Under the pieces are notes generated by a model that saw nothing but the letters and a program-made list of their open reading frames with translations, did no database searches and was not told where the DNA came from. A stretch of 63,676 bases of DNA, counting the filler. It is 5 parts of 5 records of this genome, joined end to end, with 100 filler letters (N's around TTAATTAATTAA, not from the genome) between each part and the next. Parts side by side here need not be neighbours in the genome. Positions count along the whole stretch, not along the records: positions 1 to 24,330 come from DRR378314_1889; positions 24,431 to 32,753 come from DRR378314_1894; 3 more parts are not named here. One strand, written 5' to 3'. Positions 12,226-24,607 of this stretch are shown piece after piece. Position numbers and translations under genes: made by a program. Positions within the stretch are counted from its first letter, which is position 1. Each line of letters begins with the position of its first letter.

Positions 12226-15200
12226 CTGCAGAGAGCCGAGTATGAGCGATGAAAAGCCGCGACAATAGCGCACAGGCGGGCGGAGCGCGTGAGATAGGTT
12301 CAAACGGCGATGGCAGCTTTGACCCGGCAGTATCTCACAAGCAGTTTGAGAGTACTCGCACCCCATCCTACGTTGAGAGCGCACCAGCAACAAAAAATAA
12401 TAATTGAAAACCATATTCACACTGCACAAAATACGTCTGCTTTGCGGTCCGACGCCTTGCTTGCTGGTGTGCCCCGTGCAACTCGCTTTGGCAATATAAA
12501 TGGTGTGCGTTTTATCGGTCCCACAAGCTGCTGCGGTACGCAGTCTCGGACGCGTCCGCTCCACGCAAGTGCGTGCTCGTATCATTTGAACGCCTTGCTG
12601 CCAAAGATATGGGACAAGAAATCTACATTTTTTGCATTTAACATTACTTCACTGCAGATACGGTGTCCAGCAGGGCGAATGGGCCGCGTTGCAAGTGGCG
12701 TCGATGGGAAACGAAATGGCATGCCGTCGACTGCCCAGCTCCGGAGAGGTCACACGCAACGTAGCAGCCTCGTAGCAAAGGCAGAAGTGCGGTCCAACCA
12801 CTGTCTGTACTTCTTCGCGCGTGCGCACCCTGCCAATCGCGGCGCAGCAACGCTGGCACACATAGCTACTGATTGTGAGTCCACATCGATTCTTTGTGCG
12901 AAGCGCAATGACGTGGGTAGAACAATCTGGTAGACTTTCTGTTGCAGCAAAAAAGGGCGGAGGCACCACTGTGCTTGGGACCGGCTAGTGTACGCTACCA
13001 TCGCTGAGCGGCCTACTATGCAGTTGCGAGCGACAAGTATGGCGCGTCGAAACCGGGCGCTTCAGGTCCCAGTTGTTGCGCGAACAGGCTTGCGCGGGAT
13101 GTTGAACAACGCACGCGACTTCTGCTAGCCACCGAGTTTGCCGCAAGGAAAAACAGGATCACTAGCTATCCTACAGCCACGCGGGTAAGCGAGAGCACTC
13201 TGGCGGAGGTTCGGCGTGGCGCCTTGTGCATGCAGGCGCTGCGTTTGCAAAGAGGGGGAGAAGCGCGCGTCCCGGCCGTGCGCCGGTGTTGCGGTATTGC
13301 GATGCGCCACAACGGCGTTCCGCGACCGCACGTAAAACGTGCTCTCGATCCGTATACTGAAGCTGACAATTAACCACATCACAGTGCGGGAATGATCCCC
13401 GTTTTACTGGGAGGTGCGGTCGCAGGTGCTGTGAAAGACTCGAGTAAACGCACTGGCTGTGTCGTTCCGCCCGCGGGCTTGTTTGCTGGTCCTGTGCAGG
13501 GACGTCGTGCGCGCAGGAAACTCGTCGGTGCCTGTTCACCAGGTCTACGCGCCGTACGCGGGCACTAGGGTTGCAGCGCCGCGGGCAATGGAAGGCACTG
13601 CGGCGTTCTGCCGGGACAGACTCGCCAACCGTCGCGGCTGTGCTCCTTTCAACTTCCCACCGATTGCTTCCTTTGTAGCTAGGGTTGTGTTGTATTGCTG
13701 ACGGTCGCTTTTCTGCGAGCCTTTCTTGTATGCCCTGGAACGTGACGGCGCTCGACCAGTGCCCGGCTGTTGCGCACATGGTGTTCCCTTCCTAGCTAAT
13801 CGAGGTAGCGATAGACGGCCGTTTGCAATGGATACCGCGATTGCGCACATTTGTGAGAGCTCTGTTATGTCGCTGTAGGGCTGCGTGTAACGCAGGGAAG
13901 CGGGTCGTACCGCTGCTGCACCATCGCTACCAACTGACGAACCGAATGTGCATTTCCCTTCCCGCCAGACGAGCCCCAAGAGCGCTTTGGCGTTCTAAGC
14001 CGCAATCGCCAGCCTTCTCCGAGATACGGCAACTGCCGTTTATTGAAACGCTCTACGTGTGCATCATCGTTTGCTGGCGTCACCTTCGGGCACAAATAAG
14101 AACAGGCGGCTAGTCTCGAGTTCATGCAGAGAGCACTGTTGCAAGATGCACTCTTTGCGAGGCATAGCTTGGACAAGCTCTTCCTTCGTCGCGAGTTGAT
14201 AAACAACTGCACTCGCGCACAGAGCAAAACTGTGCGCACGGTAGACTCGTGTTGCGTCTATTTGTGACACTTGTATGCAATACATTTCAATATGCGTCCA
14301 GACAGTGGTCTGCGAAAGAGCGTCGCGGGAATGCAGGACCTTTGCGCACGACCTGTACCTGAGGAACAGGCTTGACGACGATGGTCGCCCGCTGTGCTTG
14401 CGTCTGTGGCACAGCATGGTTGCTGGAGCACTACTGCAGCGCCCATGGATGGCGGCTGTTTCGGCTACTGATCTAGTGCAAGTCGGTCTGCCAGTCGTGC
14501 TTACGTAAGAGCTGATTTTGAGTCCCTACAAGTGGTGGTGAGTGGCCTGAAATTTGCGAATATTATTGATATTTTCTCGGAGGCGTAGGCTTCCGTGTCA
14601 GGGTACGGGGATGGCGCAGGAATCTTCCAATGTGCGCTTCCAACTCCCAGCCGGGCCCGTGGTGCTGGCAAGATGCCCCACCTCAACGTACAAATCTAGA
14701 GCTCACGTGCAAGGCTTGCCTTGTGAGGATGATAGACAGGACTGTGCTTCTGCATATTCGCCTGCGCTGCGTGTGCCTGCTGTCACTTGCGATGCGATGC
14801 AGGTAGCCATCTTTGCACAAAGGGCAGCTGGCCGAGCAGGTATTGCTGGCACAGGACCGCTTCGCCTGCTTCCCACGCTCGAAATGCCTTTGCGCGTTCG
14901 TTTGGCTACACTCCCAATCTTTATCCCTGTTTATTTTACGTCACATAATCAGTAAGTGATCCTGTACAACGGCTCACGAGAAACACGCCCGTGCGGAGAA
15001 ACCAAGAGAGGTATTGCGCGCCTGCGATTCTTGCACCTCCAGGACAGTGGCTAGAGGGATTCTCGCCGTGCCCGCCCGCCATGCTCCTATGCGCAGTGGT
15101 CGGAAGTGTCAAGCGTCCACCGCCGGATGTTTTTCATGGTCTTAGAATTATTTTACAGTCTTATGACTACTTCCTTGCTACACTAGGCGTATTTGGCGTC

Positions 15201-17510
15201 GCGTTTGGTTACAAGGGAATGCGCGTTGCCTACCGAGGGTGTTGCCTTAGCTTGCGCTCAACGAGCTGAAGCTTTGCTGGACTAGCGCGGGAGCTCACTA
15301 CGGTGGAAGTCCAGTGCAGGCGCGGCTGAGAACATCGAGCCCTCCCAGAAACACCGATCAGCGTAAAGCTATTATCAGCGTTTGCACGCTAGCCCAAAGT
15401 ATTCAAACAAATAGTACAAATATGATCGTCAAGGTGCCAACGTCGTTGGCGTTGCGTACACTGCATGCTGTTGCAAAGGGCTACAACTCAGCGGCAGTTT
15501 CACTGACGCGCGGTTCCCACGAGAGTTTCCTCGGTGCGCCCGCTGGGCCAGAGCAAGTGTGCGTCTGCCGCGCGAAAGATGTCGTCCAAGGGAAGAGACG
15601 AGCAAGAAATGAAGATCAGAGAGACTTTCCTTAGAGTATTACAAAAGAACAGTACGAAAAACGCTTTTGCCTGCGACACTGTAGACGCGTGTGCGGCGAG
15701 ACGAGGGGAGCGCTCCTCTTTCGACGCTGCACGCGAACGTGTTGTGCACACCAGACTGTGCGCCCGAACAGTCGCTAGCACTTCCCGCAGCTATCCCTCC
15801 ACCTGCTCGGTGTGCCGGCGCAAAGAACTACTGCCGCGGCCGCACTGTGTCATTCTCAAGAACTGACCTAAAAATTTAGAGGCAGTTCAACGCAACAAGT
15901 TGGATGGCCACCGAAAACGCGCGTTGTTGGGCTGGCTTCGCAAGCACTTGCGCGCGCTCCGGCGATGAGTTGCGGCAAGGCGACTGCGTGTTCCAACGAG
16001 GTCCAACGGCTCCTTTGGAGCTGGGAAAGACAGTGTGTCCAAGCTACACCGTGAGCAGGGCGTTGGTCAACTTGTTCTACATTTGCAGTGCCGTCTCTAC
16101 AGCGTAGTGATGGGAAGCTGGCGACAGTAGGGGGTTTGCATTTGGCACTTCCTCTGACGTGCCTTGCCGCGCGGAAGTGCGAAGCTCCTCGCTTGGCGGT
16201 GAGGCAGCGGGCGCTGGCTGGAAAGGGGTTGCTGAGAGCTTCTGCGAACAGCAGCCGGCCCCCATGCGATGCTGAGGGTTGCCTGCGGTATCCCGACATT
16301 CTATGCCCGAATGTAGACAGTGCGGGCAACTCCAAGGCTGCAAGGAAGCGAAATAAAATACAGAGATGGCGAGGCTACCTTTTGGTAGGAGAGGACATGG
16401 GTGCCTGGCGTACGTCTCTGGTCGTTCCAGAAAGTAGCTCTGCGCGCTCGCATTGCAACATGCGCGCGTGCGGCAGAGTGTGTGCGTGTTCGGGCGCGCG
16501 TGCAATGCACGTGCGTCAGCGCGAGCGACGTGAGATGCCGTGTTCTTCCTTATGTAGCTTCACCCCGAGCAACGCCAGCTGCCGGTTTTGTGTCTGGCAG
16601 CAGCTTTTCGTAGGCAAAATCATCGCCACCCTTCGTAGGACGCTCCGCGTAGCACCCCCTGTCCAACCCATCGTTGGGGCGCCGCGATCGAAGCTAGTTC
16701 CGTTTTTCCGCGTTTGGGAAGGCTTTTGACAGCGCAGTCGCCGGAGAACTGTTCCCCCATTTTGCGACGGGTATTGCGCCGGAAGCAGAGCATGGCTGCC
16801 GGCCAGGAGCAATTTAGGTCCGGTTACGGAGGAGGTACTAGGCTCGAGGGACCTAGCCCGTCGCTCCTCCGGTTTCCTCGAACCGCCTCGTCGCCTTCAC
16901 CCCCACGCCGGTGCACGGCTGACTTTTTTGTGCAGTGAAATCGCGGTTACGCCTTGAAAAGGGCACGAGAGCGCGCCTGGGAAACGTCTTTGCCAACCGT
17001 TGCTCTCGCGTTAGTTTGAAACTTCCTCTGCTCGACGCGGGTGTCGTGCTTGTGCGCCGGAATCTACAAAGCGTGCGAAAACGAGTGTGTGCTTGTATTT
17101 CTTTCCAGAGCGCAAGAGCGGGCGCGGTGCGGTGGCGCTCGGCGGGTTACTTGGCGAGCTGCGTCGTGCCTGTGCGGACGTGTCCGCTGCGGTTGCGCGT
17201 AGTGCGAAAACAGGGCTCGCCTCGCTGGCGCTATTGTTTGCCTTGTCGCGCGCCGCGTTGCTGCTGCTGTCACGGACCAGTGCGCCACCCAAAGCACCGT
17301 GCGTGTCGAGGGTATCCTTGATTCGGTACTTTACCCCAATTAAAACGAACTTGTTCTTCCAAGTGGAGGCCTACGGACTCGAGAGGACAGTTTATGGTAG
17401 CGACTCGGGCGCCCGTCTCGCCGGCAGGTCTTGACGGGCAGCTAGCTTGCGGCGGCGGCGACGAAGGCTGCGGCAGCGGCGCTGTGCGGAGTTCCGGTAC
17501 GGGACACGCT

Positions 17511-20500
17511 ATGGCCGGAGGAGCCTCTGCTGCCGTGCAGACTTTGCCGCTTGACACGCGGGCTTTTAGGACGGGTGCAATGCGGCGGGCGATTCCAGAC
17601 GCATTCACCTCATCAGCGCTGCAGATGCAGCGAAAGCCGGCGACCGAAGCTGCAATGCTGCACAGTGGCGGCCCAGGCGTCATGCCTCTTGTCTGGACGA
17701 CGTACGCGCGATTGGCAGGTGGCGAGGCGGGCGTCTCGGTTCCTCCGGTGCTCTCTTCCACGATGTCCGGCGGCGCGCCGCCGCCATTGCTGCCGCTGGA
17801 GTCCGCCGCTGCTGCGGCGGGATTAGCTGGGGCCGCCGCGCGTGCGCCTCTTCCTCACCTTCCGCAACCCCTCGTCGACCCAATGCATGCGCTGCACAGC
17901 TATCCGCAATTCGTTTACGATACATCAGGCGGTCTGCCCTTTGCAGCGATGCCGCAGGTAGGTACAGTGCCTGGGGATGGTGCCGTCTCTTCGTTCTCGC
18001 TTGGGCTGGGTGCGCGGCCGAGCGCATGCGGAGCGTCGGGTCCTGCGCGTGCTCGTGCTGGCCCTTGTGCTCTCCCGGGCTCAAGTTTAGGCGAGGTGAC
18101 GCCGGCGGCACGGGAAGCCCATGCTCGGCCATGCCCGAGTTTGCAACCGATACGTGCGTTTCATGACTGGAATACGACCTCCAAGGTACGCCGTGTGCTG
18201 GTAGCAGGCGAAAAGAGCGAAGGCGGGCACGAAGTGGATCGCCCTGGTCGCGTGCACACGCGTGCTGCTGCAGTGGAGTGTGTTCTGCAGGGCGTACGGC
18301 GCTGTTGGTGTGGGGCTTGGGCTTGAGCGGACTCGCCGCAGCGGAGCTGCAAGCGGATCCTTCTTCTGTGTCTCTGCGGGGCCCCTCCGCTGTGCGCCGC
18401 CGCCGCACATGTAGCCGAAACAAGCGGGGCCGTGCTCGCCGCCGCCAATGTTTGCACTGTGGATGCGCCCGCTGCAGCAGCAGAACCGTTTCCGTCGTAC
18501 CCTTTTTCCCCTACACATGAACACATTCTTCCATTGCTCAGTGGAGTTTGTGTGGAGTGCTGCGGCCTTGGTGAGCAAAGGGCGCGTGCACATTCTGCGG
18601 TGTTGTAAGTGTGTGCGGTTTACGCGCACGCGCGCGTCCTCTCATGCGCGTGGGAAAGGCGGCGTTGCGCCACGCGTACACCGTGTGCGAGCCGGAACCC
18701 GCTGTGTTTGGTCTACGTTACCGCCGCCTTGTGGAGCAGCCCTTGTCGCGATCATTTCTTCCTTTTGCGCATGTATTGATTATCCCTGGCGAGAACAGGA
18801 ATCGTGCGTTTCCGTACGTGCTTCCGCTGTTTCGCTGTGCACGCGTGCGCTGGGGAGCAGGACTTGGCCGCGGTGGTGGCTGTGGTGCAGAGAGAGCTCA
18901 GTGCCATGTCGAGACCCCACGGGTCAAGCATTCGCGGACGTATCTGGAGAAGCCTTTGCGCGGCCCCTTTTCCCGACACATTTTTTGCTCAGGGATGCGC
19001 TCTGCCCGCTTCTGTGCTGGCACGAGAATGTAGCTGCTGGTACCCCTCGCGTTTCCGTCCTTTATTTCGATTATCTCGTTCGGAGACCGCAACCGCCGCG
19101 TAGTGCACGGCGCTGGCGCCGCTGGCGCAGCAACGGCTTCTGCGTGGTAGACGCCTCGATCGGATCGCTTGGGAGCGTACTCCCCGAGGCTGGTGATCGG
19201 GGAGTCTTCGTTTCCTCTTCAGAGATTTTGGCATGCGAGCAGTTTCTGATGCGGGCGTCCTGTGTTTACGCTACACTGGGAATGCTGCTCGTCTCAGGCT
19301 CCACCGACCGTGTCGCTTCCAGCTGCTGCAACAACGAGCGAGCGTGCGAATGCGTCCTCGGGTTGCCCGCTCGACGTTGTGCAGAGTTCAGCATCGACCG
19401 CGCGCACGAACGCGCGGCGTCAAGATCTCGACCACCCGCCGGGATTTCGCAATCGCCGGCGCATGTGGACAAGCACCATGGATCAGCGTCTGCGCGAGGC
19501 AGTGAAAGAGCTTGGCACGAGGTATGCGAAGCTGCGCGTGTAGGTGAAGTTTTCGGCGAAACACGTTGTGTTTGCGCTTGCCACGTTTCCGCGCGCGCGC
19601 GTATTCTTTTCGGTTCGCAAGACCATTCTGTATCGCAGGCTCCACGATCGCGCAGACTGCGCACCGAGGCAGCTTGCGCGATTTGGCACACTACGTTCTG
19701 CTAGTGGCCAAACTTCAGTCTGTCTCGACTGGAGTGTTTGTAGAGACCGATTGCGTGCCACAGAAGAGCACGAATCTCTATGTATTTTTTTTTCTCTCCC
19801 TCTGCGCACGCCACGTACATGCACAACGTAGATAGCTGCGAGTGCCAGAAAGTGATGGAGCGAGCTTTCGCGGACCGGCGCAACGTGCGTTGCCGCCGCA
19901 GAGTTCGTGCCGAGCAGCACAAGAATGCTGTTCGCAAAGGGCACCGTCCTTTCACCCTCGCGAGTTTGGTTTGGACGCATGCCGCGACGCGGCTGCGCGC
20001 TCTTATTGGCCAGCTTGTTCCCCAAGCCCCGTCACTATTCACGAACGGGAGAGCTTTTGATTTCCGTTGGCTTCCCCAGAGGACTATGGGTTACGGCAAT
20101 AGAACGCTGATAACTTGGCACGTGAACGATATCGTGTGCCCGAACGACACCGGGGAAGCGTCGAGCGCATGGTTTGCATCTTTGCGCAGCGCTGAAAGTT
20201 GATACTCGGTACAATTCTCGACAGTCCGCCCTGCAGTGCCTGCGGGAAGCGTCCACAGTGGGAGAGAGTGGTGCAGGGCGGGGCGGGGTTGCCCTGTCGA
20301 CAAAATTGGCATGTGTTGGCTACGCCCGCGCAGGAGAGCGAGCGTGCACGGGAACTGGATGCGCAGCACAAACAAAGGGTCTATTGCCTTGCTGTGGTCG
20401 GAAATCCCTCCGTGCTCGGTTTCGTACTGCGGAGCGTAGCAGCAGTAGCTCTCCTTCTCTCGCTCGCTCTCGCTCGCTCTCGCTCCCTCCCTCGATCCCT

Positions 20501-22323
20501 TGCTTAAAAAATTCGCGGTAGCTCGTGGAGTGGTAGGTTGCGCGATTTCTTATTCATGTGTGTTGGCATGTGAACGCTATTGCGGGAGCGAAGGTATACT
20601 TCGGGTCTGTACTGGAAACATAAATTTTTATGCGTGTCCACTTGTAGGATTTCCCCTAGAGTGCAGGCCTCTCTTTGGGGCGAATTGCTGCATCGCTGTG
20701 TGCATACCAGGGTGCTTTGCTGTTGATGTGGCGGCTGCCGTGGAGACATATCGATTGTTGTGCACGAGCCCGCCTGGGCCGCAGGAGTCCAGAGTGTAGC
20801 GATAGCCCGTTGGATGCTCCGCACTCCATCGCCTTTTGCGGTTAGGACGCGACGGCTTCTCGACAGTGATACACGGACCGTGTTGATGGCGGGCTTGCGG
20901 CCGGCTTGGCTGCGGCTATGATGCTGTCGCATGCTACACAATGCATTCGATTTTGCAATGAAGGGTTTTGCGGAGAGCATTTTTTAACAGCTACGTCGAG
21001 CCTCTTCCTGTAGAGCAGGAGCTACCGCTTTGGCAGCGGATTCGTGCGAGAAGGTTTTGGATTCTATGAATAGATCTCGTGCGGATCAGAGTTCAGTAGA
21101 TGCGCGACATGTGCTACGGAGAGCTCGGTGTCAGCGACTCGGTGTCGTGCTGTATTCAAGTTCCGGTTGCTGTCCGTAGCGACAGCGCATCATCACGTTT
21201 TGCGATGCGCCTCGTGAAGGGCTATGGCCAGCGCCTCGCCTGTATGCGGCTTGGTGCTGCTGCATTGTCAGTTTTGTCTGGATGATATGCGTACGATTTT
21301 GTTTCGAATGTCATAACGTTGCTTGTGTGTGTGTGAGGCCATCTGGTGGACGCTACGGCGACGGGAATCTTTGTGTGTGTGGTCACAAGCGTGCGCACGC
21401 CTCTCGTGCCGAAACTTCTTTTATTTCCTCCGCAGGTGGACCACCATCAAAGCTCATCCAAAGTACCGGGATTTCTTGGCTGACTTTTCGCGACAAGATC
21501 TTAGCCGAAAATGGTTCGTGTGATTTTTGTGCACGTACCGCTACCCTTGTGTGTCTACTTCTGGCTGCCCTGAGCGCGGAGGGGCCTCGTCCTCCTCCAG
21601 TAGGAATGTCTGGGCGACCGGGCCGACGACATACGTAGCAAGCTGCCGAAACGATACGCCTGCAGACATGTGCATGTTTTCCATCGCATTCTATGTGCGG
21701 GGCCTCGATTGTTCTGGACGGGCTTGAAAGTTCCGTTCTCTTTTCGACGTTCTGTGCTACGGACTGTCGTTTCGGCGGCAGCACGCTAGCGCTGGGTGCT
21801 GCTTTGTGCGCGCCCACACAAGGGGGGTGTGGAACAACAAGTGTTTCGACAATACGTTGCTGTCCTTTCCGTAGAAACGTTGGTGCTCTACGTTTTCGTT
21901 TCTTATGATTCACAAATAATAACCAGATTGTATATTGCGTCAGCGGAGGTTGTGCTGGAAAGAGAACGAGTACTGCACCTTGGCAGCTCTGCGGGCTGCC
22001 TGAGCGTGTGGTGCGTACCTCTGGTGCCACCCCCCCGCATATCTCTCTGTACACCAGTAGACCGTGCCTCAAGTGCTACAAAGATTGGTGAATTTACCTT
22101 GTGTCGCACCATTCATCACATTCATGGATCTACGAAAAAAATTAAATTCGTGCGGCACGCGTGCAGGTACCGACTGCTGGGCCGGGAGAGCGCGCGGCGC
22201 AAGGAGCGGCTCCTTGAGGAGCATCGAGCGCAGTCGCCGCTGGCCAGCGCAACGCACACGGCTACGCGTGCCGATGGGAACGAAGAGGCGCACAGCCCGG
22301 TGAATCATATTTCTCAGAAATGA
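17511..22323 (+). CDS. Myb-domain protein with TRF/TRB (telobox)-like single Myb repeat and low-complexity N-terminus, multi-exon
   Basis: The exon ending at 19521, exon 21436-21513 and the exon from 22167 splice in phase to RRRMWTSTMDQRLREAVKELGTR-WTTIKAHPKYRDFLADFSRQDLSRKW-YRLLGRE, with three Trp spaced as in TRF-like Myb domains. The Ala/Pro/Gly-rich ORF from 17511 is the presumed N-terminus. Gene ends and middle exons are uncertain. Confidence 0.7.
20458..20494. repeat. Imperfect (CTCG)n/CT-rich microsatellite in intron
   Basis: Visible run ...ctcgctcgctctcgctcgctctcgctccctccctcg. Confidence 0.6.
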
Positions 22324-23889
22324 TTTGCGATTTTCATACCTATTTATGTACGCATTACTTCTATGCGCTTATGTGAGCATGCGGGTTTTGATCGCTGCGT
22401 TGCAGTTGAATGGATAGGTGCAGGGCAGGACATTTCGCCTCTGCAAGCGCACAAACGAGCCTTCTTCCCGTGTACATTCGTTGCTTTTGGCGCTGGACCA
22501 GGGGTCGATAGCAGGGGTGGAAACATACATCGGGCGGTCAAGTTGTACAATAAAAGTGAAAGTATAGACCATAGTTGCTGTTACGTGGCAGCGTGGGAGT
22601 GTCCATTCAGGTGGCGCGGGAGGTCGGCGCGAGTTGGAGCGATCGAATCTCCGACTCGCGTAGTGCCAGGCACCTTCGATGGAGGGGGTTAGGGCCTCAC
22701 AGGAGCGCCAGCTATTTGCGACATATTTCTTTCCTTGCAACTCATCATGCTCCAATCTGTGCACGCTTGCCCTCATCTCGAGGCTGTGTGCAGCTTTATA
22801 GCGCAGTCTGAACAGTGGCGAGAGTGGGCGTGCCGTACATGCTCTGCCCCCACCCCATTGCCCTACGCGGGCACGCAAAGTCCTCTGACACGAAGCGTGC
22901 ACACTTGTAGCCACCAGCGGCTCGACCAAGCAGATTGTTTACAAGCTGGCCAAATCCCCCTGCTCCCACCGGTCCACTGCATATACCGTAAGATTTATTC
23001 AAAAATGTAAAGACAGTGGAATCGACGATCGAATTGGGACCTGGAAGCCCGAAAACTGGTCGCATCTAGGGGGGGATCACGCACGCACGAAACCGCATCC
23101 CGGCAACGCACCCCACGACGAAGCCGACACCCCAGCTTATACAGACCCAAAGTGGCCAGCAGCACGGTTAACGAGGTAAGATCAAGACATCTTTCGCCGC
23201 ATGGTGCCAACCCAGTCAGGAGTGATTCTCGTACAAACTACCTCCAGGATCGACCACGAGGCGCCCGTTTTCGCAAGGCAGCAATCTACTTGTCCACATC
23301 TGGGTAGCCTCGATCGAGAGGTTCACTTCGTCCTGCCAGGTTCGTGACACAGATCAAAACCAAGTTCGCCCACGGTTCGATGAGCCTTGCATTAACGCTA
23401 AGAGTTGATACGCTTCCATCTCACTGCGTTCGTCCATTCCAAAGGGATAGTCATAGATACAACCGCTATCGAGAGGCCGCTGGTGTGCTCTGCCGAGTCG
23501 AGCTGCAGCAACAGGCTTGCCCTCGCCGTCGCGGGGCACCGGGAGAACGCCATAGCAGTGCGGTACCGCACTGCGCCGTCCGAGGCGGAAATGAAATGGT
23601 GATACCCTCCACATCATATCTGTGCCAGTGCACTACTGTGAGTGGGCAAGACGCCTTATCCACCAAAGGAAAAAAAGGTGCAGTGCCAAATCCGCTGCAA
23701 ATATATAAACGTTTATGCGCAGTACGCACGCCGCCGCATTTTGCACCGCTCATTTGCCACCTCGGTGGACGGAGTCAGAACAAGCGAGAGAGCGAGCGGA
23801 AACCCCCGGCTTGGACTTGTGCCTGAACCTCACGTTTGCTGAAGCACACACCATGCATGATCCCGCGATGCGATGCTCGAAGGCCCGCA

Positions 23890-24203
23890 TTAGTGGGCAT
23901 TTTGCACGTACGGCCATATCCCCAGGATATGCCTGTTGTTCGCATCAGACGTAAAATTTCTCAGTGCAAGAGGCAGGTTGTAGTTTCCATGAGGCTGTTC
24001 GCATAGCGGAAGCGACAGCTGCACTGGGAAGGCACCGCCATTGACACCGAGAGGAATGATACTTCCAATGCCAGCGGGAAAGACAGAGGGTGGCAGCGGA
24101 ACCCAATCCGCCCGATTTGAGCCTGGTGCGTCGGTATTCAGCGGCATGGGAAGCGGATGTTGCACCTGGGTCGAATGTACAGGCAAGGGAGGGGGAAGTA
24201 CAC
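23890..24203 (-). CDS. Possible Pro-rich exon of an unidentified gene (partial)
   Basis: A tgcag acceptor at 24204 precedes an open frame VLPPPLPVHSTQVQHPLPMPLNTDAPGSNRADWVPLPP... No recognisable domain. Confidence 0.25.
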
Positions 24204-24300
24204 CTGCACCAAATAGGCAAACGAGGAATTGAACGCATTCCCGTATGAGAAGATTACATGTTGCATGAACAGGACAACAAGATTACTACTTTCCGCAGCA

Positions 24301-24330
24301 TGCGGGGCGACAGTCTGCGGGGCGACAGTC
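24301..24330. repeat. Two tandem copies of a 15-mer at contig end
   Basis: TGCGGGGCGACAGTC x2, immediately before the N linker. Confidence 0.85.
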
Positions 24331-24430
24331 NNNNNNNNNNNNNNNNNNNNNNNNNNNNNNNNNNNNNNNNNNNNTTAATTAATTAANNNNNNNNNNNNNN
24401 NNNNNNNNNNNNNNNNNNNNNNNNNNNNNN
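24331..24430. other. Artificial contig linker
   Basis: 44N + TTAATTAATTAA (stops in all six frames) + 44N. Confidence 0.99.
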
Positions 24431-24607
24431 TACCTCGGAAATTGCTGATTGCAAGCCGGTGGAGCGTTTCTGGGTGACCTTCAAAACGCTGTTGCTGCGA
24501 GCGAGGCTACCGCTGGCGCTCCGATTCAGGTAGCTCGGTCCGCACTGCACCGCAACGTGGATGCGCGCAGCACGTGCGGAGAACGTGCGCGTGTACTGCG
24601 CGTGAGC

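Noticed and set aside
17312..17319. GTATCCTT, a U12-type donor consensus (also near 1067, 36802, 40963)
   Set aside because: None coincides with an exon boundary I could establish, and no matching TCCTTAAC branch site was seen.
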